Shown piece by piece: positions 36,556-46,026 of a stretch of DNA of 64,000 nt. The stretch's first letter is position 1. Each line of letters opens with the position of its first letter. The position numbers and the translations under genes are program-made. The notes under the pieces were generated by a model, which saw nothing but the letters and a program-made list of their open reading frames with translations, was not told where the DNA came from and ran no database searches. The stretch is from an uncultured Acidobacteriota bacterium (GTDB lineage: Bacteria; Acidobacteriota; Terriglobia; Acidiferrales; UBA7541), in NCBI GenBank assembly GCA_963838945.1, contig CAWITC010000001.1, forward strand, positions 42,074 through 106,073, in the 5' to 3' direction.

Positions 36556-37350
36556 TTACAACGCGATGGTAACAAATTCCAGGCCCGCGTCGCGCCATCG
36601 AGGGAGCCAGTGTTCCAATGCTGTGACTAAGTGATTGCGGTCGCCGCCGAGCGCGCGGTGATCCCCATCGTGCATCAGGACGATGTCGCGCGCGCGCACT
36701 CGCGCGAGCCGTGCGATCACTTGCTCGGCAGACTGCGGCTTCCAGTCGTAACACAGGCGCGACCACGTGGCGACGCCATGGAATCCTAACGCACGCGTGA
36801 CGCCGGCGAGTTGTGGCCCGCGGAAACCGTATGGCGGACGCATCCATTGCATCCCGAGCCCGTTCACTGCGCCTGCAAGTGTGCGTGACTGCGTCGAGGC
36901 CGCAGCCAGCGCCTCCGAGACAGCCTCCTGGCATCGGCGTAACTCCTCGGCGATGTGCGCGCGAGAATGCCAGATGAGGTTTGGATGGGTGTGCGTATGA
37001 TTGGCGAGCAGATGCCCGCGCGCGGCGATCTCGCGCACCAGCTCGGGGCACTTCGCGGCAAAGCGCCCGATGACGAAGAAGGTGGCGCGCGCATTGTATC
37101 GGTCGAGAAGGCGAAGCAGCCGAGGAGTGATCGCGGGGTTCGGCCCATCGTCAAAGGTGAGAGCGATGCTTCGCGACGCTTCGCGTGCCGCGCCAGCGGG
37201 TCTTGACTCCGCGACTGCGTTCGCGGGCAAGCGCCACAGCACAGGGCCAAAAAGCTGCGACGATGGCGCGACCGCGCCCCAAGCGCCGAGGCCCACTCCC
37301 GCCGCCACTGCCGCTGGCACACTTATCACCCACTGTTCCACAGTGGGCAT
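36556..37350 (-). CDS. polysaccharide deacetylase family protein (NodB homology domain)
   Basis: ATG at 37350 (MPTVEQWVISVPAAVAAGV, TM), TFDDGP motif, NHTHTHP His motif. Confidence 0.85.
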   Translation of the reverse strand: MPTVEQWVISVPAAVAAGVGLGAWGAVAPSSQLFGPVLWRLPANAVAESRPAGAAREASRSIALTFDDGPNPAITPRLLRLLDRYNARATFFVIGRFAAKCPELVREIAARGHLLANHTHTHPNLIWHSRAHIAEELRRCQEAVSEALAAASTQSRTLAGAVNGLGMQWMRPPYGFRGPQLAGVTRALGFHGVATWSRLCYDWKPQSAEQVIARLARVRARDIVLMHDGDHRALGGDRNHLVTALEHWLPRWRDAGLEFVTIAL

Positions 37351-37517
37351 TCTCTCATGGCAATTGGACACAGCGAATGCGAAGCGGTAACCCGACCGGA
37401 CAAAGGCGCGTCTAAATACCAGGACAAAGAAGAGCAAAGATTCTCCGGTTTGCGCGCGTCGGGAACGGCCCACAAAAACAGCGGCCGAATCACCGGGTCA
37501 AGGGGAAGAGATACGCA

Positions 37518-40500
37518 ATGTTCTGGAAGCAATTGGCAAGAATCGTTGTAGTGCTCGCGCTGTTCTGCGTACCGCTCGTGGCGCAGCAGGCGCAAGAGCC
37601 TCCCACACACGTGACGCTGCAGGGCGCCGTGCGGACGGCAGACGGCACTCCCATCCCCGGCGCGTCGGTGCATATTGTGGAATTGACGACAGGAAAGTCA
37701 TGGGTCACATGGACGGACGAGCAGGGTAAATTCCGTTTGCCGGAGCTCCCCGCGGGGAAATTCCGCGTGGAGGCGACACAAATCGGTTTTGTGATTGACA
37801 CGAAGGAAGTCGAACCGACCGAAGAAAAGAGCGCTGACATTATTCTTAGCCTGCGCGTTGCCACGCTTGCGGAGATTGCGTCAACAAATGCGACTCAGAA
37901 CGCCGGAGCGCCTTCGGGAACGACTCCCACGAATCCACTGGCGGGTACGCAGGTAACAGCGAATGCTAATCCTCCTGCAGGAACCGGGACCCCGCCAGGA
38001 ACGACTCCACCGAAACAAGGCGCGAACAATCCTCCCACTCAAACCGCGAAGAATGGCCAGCAAAACGGGCGCGGCGGCCGCAACGGAGGTGGGTTCACGG
38101 ATGTCAACGTTGGCGGCCAGGCCGGACCGGACATGGGGGCGCTTGGAGATACCGGCACGAATCAGAGCGCACTTGGAGGGGCGGACTCAGCGGACGCGGT
38201 ATTGATGAATGGAACGACCGCGCGAGGCGATACAAGCGGCATTAACATATTCATGGGGGGGGCTGGTGACTTCGGGCAGAACGGGCAGGGCCTCCCCGTG
38301 CAGGGGCTCAATCAACCCCCGGGGCAACAAGGCTTTGGCGACCAGAACCAATTTGTGTTGAATGGCGGCGGGCCCGGGGGACCCGGTGGCCGAGGTGGCG
38401 GAGGACCCGGTGGCGGCGGCCGAGGCGCTGGAGGACCCGGCGGCGGCGGGCGCGGCGCAGGAAGGGGTCAACAAGGACAAGGCCAAAACGGCGTGCCGTG
38501 GGGCATGCAGCAGCTCGTCCGGAGACGCATCAACACGATGCATTACACGCTGAATGAAACGTTCAACGATTCGGCCTTCAATGCGCGGACCTGGTCGGCC
38601 ACCGGCAACGTGGAGCCGAAACCGCCGTTCGAGAACAACAACTTCGGTGGAAGCCTGGGTGGGCCCTTCCGGATCCCGAAACTCTACGATGGGCGCGACC
38701 GCACTTATTTCTTCATCAACGCGAACTTCTTGCATGGAACAAAGGGTCAGACGAATGAATCGCTGGTGCCCACGATGGACGAACGAAGCGGGAATTTCTG
38801 CACGGCGGGCATCACTCTATACGATTACACTTCAAGTTTTGCGGGCCCGCGAAGCGTCTTGCCGGGAACCGGCCCGGGGAATTGCAGCCTGCAAGGAGCG
38901 ATCAATCCCGCGACAAGCCTGCCGTATATCAATCCGGCCTCGCAGGGTCTTCTGCAATTCATTCCGGCGCCCAATCTTGCGGCGGTGGGCACTTCGCCGA
39001 CCGGTCAATTTTACAATTACATTCTCCAGTCTACCGTGCCGGAGAATAATCAGCGGATTAATTTCCGCGTGAACCAAACCATCACAAAGAAGATAAATTT
39101 CGGCGTCCAATACAATCTTTCGCAGGCGCAGTCGCCCGGCGTGGGGATCTTTCAGTCGCTGACGAGCAACACCAGCAGCCGCGGGCAGCAAGTACAAATG
39201 ACCATGAATTACAACATCAGTCAGCGGCTCATTGACACCGTAACCGCGAATTTCACTCGAAGCCGCACTGAACTATTGAACGGCTATGCGTTCAACGACC
39301 CCATCGAAAGCAATCTCGGCATCACGGGCGTTTCCACTCTGCCGATTAATTACGGGCTGCCCAGCTTGGGTTTCACGGGCGGGCTGAGCGGACTCAACGA
39401 CACGAATCCCTCGCTGCGGCGGAACCAAACTTGGATGTTAACGAATGCGCTGACATACTCGCTCCCGAAGCACACCCTCCATTTCGGGTACACGTTTCGG
39501 CGCTACCAAATAAACAGCGTCTCGCCCCCCACGCCGCGCGGCTCGTTCACGTTTACCGGAGCGATGAGCGAAGACTTCACGGCCGCCGGCACCCCGGTTC
39601 CGAACGCCAGCGCGGCGGCTGCCGCCTACTCGATCGCGGACTTTCTTCTCGGGCTGCCGCAATCCACGCATGTGCAGTTCGGCAGTGCATTGGATTGCGG
39701 CCTGACCTGCGCCTCGAACGACTATCTGCGAAGCTGGGGAATGCTGGGTTACGCCACTGACGACTGGCACATGCTTCCCAGTCTTACCGTGACTTTCGGG
39801 CTGCGGTACGAGTTGATGCTGCCGCCTACGGAGCTTTTCGGCCATCTGGCCAACCTGGACGTGAATCCTGCCTTCACACAGGTGTCGGTCGTCACGCCGG
39901 GCCAAATAGCGCCATTCTCCGGCGCGCTTCCCAATTCATTGATCCGGCCCGATTACAAGGACTTTGCACCGGCCGTCGCGATTGCGTGGCGCGTCCCCGG
40001 GAAAATGTTCAGCGGCAAACATGCGCTGACCGTTCGCGCGGGATACCGGGTCGCCGACAATTCGCAGGTCTACCTTGGCACACTCTCGAATTCGCTGTTG
40101 AATGAACCTCCTTTTGGAACGGCGTTGTCCATCAAATCTTCGCCAACTCAAATATTGACACTCCAGAACGGGTTTCCGGCGCAGTCCGCGACTGTGGCGA
40201 CAAACACGACGGCAGTTGATCCGAACTACCACAATCTCTACGTCCAAACCTGGAGTCTTTCATTGGAGAGCCAGATCGTCGAGGGGCTGGTGTGGCAGTT
40301 GACCTACACCGGGATTAAAGGAACAGGGCTCGATCTTCTGAGCGCGCCAAATGTGTTGTCCGCTTCGAATTCAAATACCGGCACCATCCCGAACGCGCTG
40401 GGCTTCACCTATGACAGCTCGGGCGCGTCGTCCATCTATCATGGCTTACAGGCGCGGTTGCTGCGGCGCATGAAAAACGGATTCACGTTCACGGCGCTCT

Positions 40501-41174
40501 ACACTTTCAGCAAGTCCATCGACAATTCGAGTTCGATTGGGGGGGGCGCGTCGACCGTCGTGCAACAGTTCCCCCTTTTCAGCCTCGAGCGCGGGCTTTC
40601 CACCTTTGATATGCGCCACCAGATCACCGGGAATTCCACCTACGAACTGCCATTCGGCGAACGCAAGCGCTGGGCCAAGAAGGGCGCGGAAGCGCGAATC
40701 CTCGGAAATTTCCGGCTGAGCGGCAGTGTTACCTATCACACCGGGACGCCCTTCACGGCTCTGGTCCAGGGCGCGGTGGCGGACTTCAGCGGCCAACAGA
40801 GTTTTTCTACTCGCGCGGACTTAATCCCCGGCTGCAATCCCAACGGAGGGCCGCACCTTTTAGGTGAGTGGTTCAACACCGCGTGCTTCGCGGTGCCGAG
40901 TGTACTGGTGCCCGGCACAATCTTCGGCGATGCTGGCCGCGACACGATTATCGGGCCGAGCGCCATCATTGTGAACATGGCGCTTGCGCGAACCATGCAG
41001 CTCAATCGCGATGGCCAGCACAGACTTGACCTGCGCTGGGAAGTGACAAACCTCGGGAACGCCGTGAATTATGCAGGGTTCGGGACGACCGTGAACTCGA
41101 CCAGCAGCTTCGGCAAGATTACGGGCGCGGGTTCGATGCGGACGATGGACGCTGTCATCCGGTTCAATTTCTAA
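37518..41174 (+). CDS. CarboxypepD_reg-like / TonB-dependent-receptor-like giant outer-membrane protein
   Basis: Signal MFWKQLARIVVVLALFCVPLVAQQ. N-terminal carboxypeptidase-regulatory fold (LQGAVRTADGTPIPGASVHIVELTTGKSW...GKFRV). Long beta-rich body ending in an aromatic terminal residue (...VIRFNF). Confidence 0.8.
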   Translation: MFWKQLARIVVVLALFCVPLVAQQAQEPPTHVTLQGAVRTADGTPIPGASVHIVELTTGKSWVTWTDEQGKFRLPELPAGKFRVEATQIGFVIDTKEVEPTEEKSADIILSLRVATLAEIASTNATQNAGAPSGTTPTNPLAGTQVTANANPPAGTGTPPGTTPPKQGANNPPTQTAKNGQQNGRGGRNGGGFTDVNVGGQAGPDMGALGDTGTNQSALGGADSADAVLMNGTTARGDTSGINIFMGGAGDFGQNGQGLPVQGLNQPPGQQGFGDQNQFVLNGGGPGGPGGRGGGGPGGGGRGAGGPGGGGRGAGRGQQGQGQNGVPWGMQQLVRRRINTMHYTLNETFNDSAFNARTWSATGNVEPKPPFENNNFGGSLGGPFRIPKLYDGRDRTYFFINANFLHGTKGQTNESLVPTMDERSGNFCTAGITLYDYTSSFAGPRSVLPGTGPGNCSLQGAINPATSLPYINPASQGLLQFIPAPNLAAVGTSPTGQFYNYILQSTVPENNQRINFRVNQTITKKINFGVQYNLSQAQSPGVGIFQSLTSNTSSRGQQVQMTMNYNISQRLIDTVTANFTRSRTELLNGYAFNDPIESNLGITGVSTLPINYGLPSLGFTGGLSGLNDTNPSLRRNQTWMLTNALTYSLPKHTLHFGYTFRRYQINSVSPPTPRGSFTFTGAMSEDFTAAGTPVPNASAAAAAYSIADFLLGLPQSTHVQFGSALDCGLTCASNDYLRSWGMLGYATDDWHMLPSLTVTFGLRYELMLPPTELFGHLANLDVNPAFTQVSVVTPGQIAPFSGALPNSLIRPDYKDFAPAVAIAWRVPGKMFSGKHALTVRAGYRVADNSQVYLGTLSNSLLNEPPFGTALSIKSSPTQILTLQNGFPAQSATVATNTTAVDPNYHNLYVQTWSLSLESQIVEGLVWQLTYTGIKGTGLDLLSAPNVLSASNSNTGTIPNALGFTYDSSGASSIYHGLQARLLRRMKNGFTFTALYTFSKSIDNSSSIGGGASTVVQQFPLFSLERGLSTFDMRHQITGNSTYELPFGERKRWAKKGAEARILGNFRLSGSVTYHTGTPFTALVQGAVADFSGQQSFSTRADLIPGCNPNGGPHLLGEWFNTACFAVPSVLVPGTIFGDAGRDTIIGPSAIIVNMALARTMQLNRDGQHRLDLRWEVTNLGNAVNYAGFGTTVNSTSSFGKITGAGSMRTMDAVIRFNF
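38400..38459 (+). repeat. 2 x 30-nt imperfect tandem repeat encoding GGPGGGGRGA
   Basis: GGAGGACCCGGTGGCGGCGGCCGAGGCGCT / GGAGGACCCGGCGGCGGCGGGCGCGGCGCA, within a longer GGC-rich tract (about 38364-38490). Confidence 0.7.
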
Positions 41175-41178
41175 GGTC

Positions 41179-43467
41179 ATGGGAAAAAACATGAACGCAT
41201 CAAATGATTCGCGGATTGTAAGATTTCTAGCTCTGTTAACGATTGCGGGATTACTTCTGCCGGCGGTTCCCGCGCAACAGCAGGGCGCTGGCCAGCAACA
41301 GACGCCGCCGCCTGCGCAGAAGAACGACAATGTGATTGACATCCGGCAATTGCCGCCTCCACCTCCGCCGGAGCAGCCAAAGAACGCGAACAAGCACGCG
41401 ATTGGCGTTCATGTCGACCTGGTGCAAATTGACGCCGTGGTGACAGACAAGGACGGAAATATCCTGAAAGGGCTGACCGCGGCGAATTTCCAGCTTTTAG
41501 AGGACGGGAAAGCGCAAAAGCTCGACAAGATAGATTATTTCGACGTTGAAAAAATGGAGACCGCAGAAAAGGAAGACAGTGAACCGATCATCATCAGCCT
41601 GAAAGCCTCGAACGATCCGGAAAAGTTGCGGCCCATTGTGCTGGACCACCGGATGATGGTGCTCTTCTTTGACATGACTTCACTGCAGCCGGAAGACTTG
41701 TTGCGCGCGACCGACGCGGCGCAGAAATTTGTGAATGAACAGATGACCGCGGCGGACCTGGTGTCCGTGGTTTCATTTTCGACGCAATTCCGGATCAACG
41801 CCGATTTTACAAACGACAAGAAAGTTCTCCTTGCAGCGATTCGCTCCCTCATCCCCGGCAAGGATTCCATGCTGGCATCGCTGGCTTCCACGGCCAATGA
41901 CGCAGTGACGGAAGACACCGGCGCCGCCTTCACCGCGGACGACACGGAGTTCAATATCTTTAACACGGATAACAAACTCTATGCCATGGAGGCCCTCGCG
42001 AATCTGCTGGGGGGCATTCCAGGGCGGAAGTCCGTGCTGCAATTTACGGGGGGCATCACACAAACCGGCGAGGAAAACCGGTCGAGTGTGACGGCGGCCA
42101 CGAACGCGGCGAACAAAAATAATGTTTCAATCTATCCGGTGGATTCGCGCGGGCTGCTTTCGGATACGCCGGGAGGCGACGCAAGTACAGGGATGTCTAC
42201 GAGCAGGACCGCATTCTCGGGCACGGCGGTGTACCAGCAGAGCCAGGCGCGGCAGGATTCGCGCGACACCCTGAGCACGCTGGCGCAGGACACCGGCGGA
42301 AAACTGTTCGCCGATGAAGGAGATTTCAGCAAGATCTTCAAGCAGGTGCAGGACGAATCCACCGGCTACTACATGCTGAACTATTACAGCACAAACGCCG
42401 CGCGCGATGGACGCTACCGCGCCGTGAAGGTGAAGCTGGTAAACGTGCCGGCGGGCGCCAAGATCAAGCACCGCGAGGGCTACTACGGTCCGAAGGACTG
42501 GGGCATTTTCAACTCGGAGGATCGCGAGAAGCAACTGGATGACGCCATGGGTTCGTCCGTCGCGCGCGTCGAGCTGCCCATCGCTCTCGACACCGGCGAC
42601 TTCCGAATCTCCGCGAACCAGATCTACGTTCCGATTTCCGTGAAGATCTCCTCGAGCGCGCTGCAATGGGCGCAGAAGGCCGGAAAGCACGAAGCGGGTT
42701 TTGATTTCCTTTACGAGGTGCGCGAAACCACGACGCCGCAGAAGCGGGTGGTCGGCTATCAGCGCGATCAAATGACGGTGAAGCTGGATGCGGATCGCTT
42801 CCAGCAAGTCGGGCAACAGGCCATCGTCTATCAGGGCGGAATCCTGCTTGGGCCGGGGCGATATCACTTGAAATTCCTGGCGCGGGAAAACGAAACCGGG
42901 CGGATGGGAACCTTTGAGCAGGATCTGGTCCTGGCTCCGGCGCAGCCAAACAAGCTGGAGATGAGCAGTGTGCTCCTTTCCAGCCAGCTTGCCCAGGTTC
43001 CAAAAAATTCGGAAGTCCAGAAGAAAACGATGGGAGGAGACGCGAGGATGAATGGCTCGCCGCTCGATGTCGGCGGTGAGCGGATCGTCCCGAGCGTAAC
43101 GCGCGTGTTCACATCCCAGCAGACGCTCTACGTTTTCTTCCAGGCCTACACGCCGCAAAACGCGGATCCGGCGGCGCTGCGCGCTGGGCTGGTCTTCTTC
43201 GTGAACGGACGCCGGTACGACGAGACGGCACTCGTCGAGTCGGCCGAGGCGGATGCGAAAACGCACACATCCTCATTTCGCATCAGCCTGCCTCTGGACA
43301 AACTTCCCACCGGCCGCTACACCGTGCAGGCCGTGGTCGTGCAGGCGGGAGGAACTCAGGCGGCGTTCGGGCGCAACTATTTCGCGCTGCGGAAGCCGGC
43401 GACTGCGCCGGGAGCGCCCGCGGCTTCTCCGGCAAGCCCGTCGAATCCTGGCTCAAGCCCGCGCTGA
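41179..43467 (+). CDS. VWA domain-containing protein (VWFA-related acidobacterial type), paralog 1
   Basis: Starts 4 nt after the OMP stop. Signal peptide, Pro-rich linker, then vWA-like core (MMVLFFDMTSLQPEDL...VSVVSFS...). 762 aa. Confidence 0.8.
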   Translation: MGKNMNASNDSRIVRFLALLTIAGLLLPAVPAQQQGAGQQQTPPPAQKNDNVIDIRQLPPPPPPEQPKNANKHAIGVHVDLVQIDAVVTDKDGNILKGLTAANFQLLEDGKAQKLDKIDYFDVEKMETAEKEDSEPIIISLKASNDPEKLRPIVLDHRMMVLFFDMTSLQPEDLLRATDAAQKFVNEQMTAADLVSVVSFSTQFRINADFTNDKKVLLAAIRSLIPGKDSMLASLASTANDAVTEDTGAAFTADDTEFNIFNTDNKLYAMEALANLLGGIPGRKSVLQFTGGITQTGEENRSSVTAATNAANKNNVSIYPVDSRGLLSDTPGGDASTGMSTSRTAFSGTAVYQQSQARQDSRDTLSTLAQDTGGKLFADEGDFSKIFKQVQDESTGYYMLNYYSTNAARDGRYRAVKVKLVNVPAGAKIKHREGYYGPKDWGIFNSEDREKQLDDAMGSSVARVELPIALDTGDFRISANQIYVPISVKISSSALQWAQKAGKHEAGFDFLYEVRETTTPQKRVVGYQRDQMTVKLDADRFQQVGQQAIVYQGGILLGPGRYHLKFLARENETGRMGTFEQDLVLAPAQPNKLEMSSVLLSSQLAQVPKNSEVQKKTMGGDARMNGSPLDVGGERIVPSVTRVFTSQQTLYVFFQAYTPQNADPAALRAGLVFFVNGRRYDETALVESAEADAKTHTSSFRISLPLDKLPTGRYTVQAVVVQAGGTQAAFGRNYFALRKPATAPGAPAASPASPSNPGSSPR

Positions 43468-43561
43468 AGCGGTCGATTGCGCGGGCCTTGGTGAGTGCCC
43501 CGCGCACGCTCAGCGCGAAATGCCTGCCGGGAAATTGAATTTTGGATTTTCGGGGAGAGTG

Positions 43562-45964
43562 ATGAATACCCGAGCTTCGTCATCCATCTTCCGATTCATT
43601 GTGCTCGCGGCTGCCGCGTGGCTTCTTTTGCCCGGCATGCCGGCACATCCGCAGAGCGCGCCTCCCGGTCAGAAGCCTCCTGCAGGGACAACCACCCCTC
43701 AGTTGCCCCCTCCTCCCCCTCCTCCTGATGCGCAGCGAAAAAGCGATGCGCGCGCCATCGTGTCGAACGTTGACATGGTGCAGATTGACGCCGTCGTGAC
43801 GGACAAAGACGGCAAGCTCATCAAAGGTCTGAAGCCGGAAAACTTCGAACTGTACGAAGAAGGTAAGCTGCAAAAGCTCGAAAAACTGGACTATTTCGAC
43901 ATGGAGAGGATTGAGTCGGCCGGGAACGGAGAGGACACAAAGCCGATCTCAATCGAGATTGCGGGCGCGACCGACCCCGAAGAAATCCGGCCGATTGCAC
44001 GCGATCACCGGCTGATCGTTCTCTTCTTTGACTTGACCTCGCTGCAGCCCGAAGACCTGCTGCGCTCGAGAGACGCGTCGCTCAAGTACCTGAAGGAACA
44101 GATGACCTCGGCGGATCTGGTGGCGATTATTGCTTTTGGCACAACGATGACCATGGGGCGGGCATTCACGAACAACAAGGAGCTTCTTGTAAATGAGGTG
44201 AAGGAGCTGATACCCGGAAAAGACTCCATGCTGGCTGGGTTGGCGTCATCGGCGAGCGATACCGTGACGGAAGACACGGGCGCGGCCTTCACCGCGGACG
44301 ACACGGAATTCAATATTTTCAACACGGACAGCAAACTGCTGGCGGTGCAGTTGCTGTGCGAGTCCCTCGCAAGCATTCCCGGGAAAAAAATCATTCTGGA
44401 ATTCTCGAGCGGCATCACGCAGACGGGCGAGGAGAACAGGTCGTCCGTGCGGGCGGCGACGGACGCCGCGAACAAGAATAATGTGTCGCTCTATCAGGTG
44501 GATGCCCGCGGTCTGATGACGGAAACTCCGGGTGGTGATGCGAGCGTGGGGATGGCATCAGGCCGGTCGGCCTTCAACGGCGCGGCGGTCTTCCAGCAGT
44601 CGCAGGCGCGGCACAATTCGCGCGACACGCTTTACACGCTGGCGGCGGATACGGGCGGACGGTCCTTCTTCGACCTGAACGACTTCAGCGGAATCTTCAA
44701 GCAGGTTCAGGACGATACGACCGGGTACTACATGCTGAATTATTTCAGCTCGAATAAGGCGCGCGACGGCCGCTATCGCGAGGTCAAAGTGAAGCTCGTG
44801 GGATTGCCCGCGGGCGCGCACATCAAACACCGTCCGGGTTATTACGCGCCGAAGGATTGGGGCATTTTCAATACGCAGGACAAGGAGAAGCAGCTCGATA
44901 ACGCGATGGCGACTCAGGCGCCGGTGGTCGAGCTGCCTCTGGCGCTCGACCTGGGCCAATTCCGCCTGCCCGATGGGATGTTTTACGTCCCGGTTTCAGT
45001 GAAGATTGCGTCGAGCGCGTTGCAGTGGGCCGAGAAGAGCGGCAAACATGAAGACCGTTTCGACTTTCTCTATGAAGTTACGATGACTGGTCTGCGAACG
45101 GGCTTTGGTGGCGGCGGCCGCGGCGGCGGTGGGGGCGGCGGCGGACGTGGTGGACGTGGAGGCGGAGGCGGCAACGGCGGCGGCCAGCGCGGGGCTTCCG
45201 ATCAAAACAACAGCGTCGCGTCGCGCACGCCGCAGCAGATTGTTGTCGGCTCGCAGCGCGACAGCATTACGGTGCAGCTCGACGCGAACCGTTATCAGCA
45301 GGTGGCGCAGCAGGCGATTGTGTATCAGGGCGGGATTCTGCTCGGGCCGGGGCGATATCACTTGAAATTTCTGGCGCGGGAAAACGAAACGGGACGCATG
45401 GGCACGTTCGAGGAAGATTTGGTATTGCGTCCGCAGCAGGCGAACCGGATGGAATTGAGCAGCTTGATGCTATCGAGCCAAATCGCGCAAGTGTCCGGCA
45501 CGGCGGAGGTGAAGCGGAAGACGCTTGGCGGCGATGCGAAGATGAAAGGCTCGCCGCTCGATGTGGGCGGGCAACGGATCGTGCCCAGCGTGACGCGCGT
45601 CTTTACATCGCAACAGACGTTGTACATTTTCTTCCAGGCGTATGCGCCGCAAGGTGCGGACCCGGAACATTTGCGCGCGGGGCTGGTGTTCTTTGTGAAT
45701 GGCAAGCGCTACGACGAGACTGCCATCGTCGAGCCGGCGGATGTGGACGCGAAGACGCGGACAGCTTCCTTCCGCATGAGCTTGCCTCTGGATAAACTTC
45801 CCACCGGCCGTTACACGGTGCAGGCCGTGGTCGTGGAGGCCGGAGGTACGCAGGCGGCGTTCGCGCGGAATTATTTCGCACTGCGCAAGCCGGCTGCCGC
45901 AGCGCCAAGCGCTCCCGCATCGCCGGGAGGCCCGTCGAGTCCGGGCGCAAACAGGCCGTATTGA
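43562..45964 (+). CDS. VWA domain-containing protein, paralog 2 (with Gly/Arg-rich insertion)
   Basis: ATG at 43562 (MNTRASSSIFRFIVLAAAAWLLLPG) after GGGGAGAG. Collinear with paralog 1, including identical stretches such as AIVYQGGILLGPGRYHLKFLARENETGRMGTFE. Confidence 0.8.
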   Translation: MNTRASSSIFRFIVLAAAAWLLLPGMPAHPQSAPPGQKPPAGTTTPQLPPPPPPPDAQRKSDARAIVSNVDMVQIDAVVTDKDGKLIKGLKPENFELYEEGKLQKLEKLDYFDMERIESAGNGEDTKPISIEIAGATDPEEIRPIARDHRLIVLFFDLTSLQPEDLLRSRDASLKYLKEQMTSADLVAIIAFGTTMTMGRAFTNNKELLVNEVKELIPGKDSMLAGLASSASDTVTEDTGAAFTADDTEFNIFNTDSKLLAVQLLCESLASIPGKKIILEFSSGITQTGEENRSSVRAATDAANKNNVSLYQVDARGLMTETPGGDASVGMASGRSAFNGAAVFQQSQARHNSRDTLYTLAADTGGRSFFDLNDFSGIFKQVQDDTTGYYMLNYFSSNKARDGRYREVKVKLVGLPAGAHIKHRPGYYAPKDWGIFNTQDKEKQLDNAMATQAPVVELPLALDLGQFRLPDGMFYVPVSVKIASSALQWAEKSGKHEDRFDFLYEVTMTGLRTGFGGGGRGGGGGGGGRGGRGGGGGNGGGQRGASDQNNSVASRTPQQIVVGSQRDSITVQLDANRYQQVAQQAIVYQGGILLGPGRYHLKFLARENETGRMGTFEEDLVLRPQQANRMELSSLMLSSQIAQVSGTAEVKRKTLGGDAKMKGSPLDVGGQRIVPSVTRVFTSQQTLYIFFQAYAPQGADPEHLRAGLVFFVNGKRYDETAIVEPADVDAKTRTASFRMSLPLDKLPTGRYTVQAVVVEAGGTQAAFARNYFALRKPAAAAPSAPASPGGPSSPGANRPY

Positions 45965-46026
45965 ACCAGGGCCGCGCCGGTTCGCGGCAATTTCCTACTC
46001 CAATTAGATTCGTGCGGATTTGCGGT

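Noticed and set aside
37462-37490. GGAAC...CGAAT upstream of the giant OMP as an ECF/FecI-type promoter
   Set aside because: The spacing is 19 nt, there is no CGT core, and no second copy exists to show conservation. It is too weak to call.
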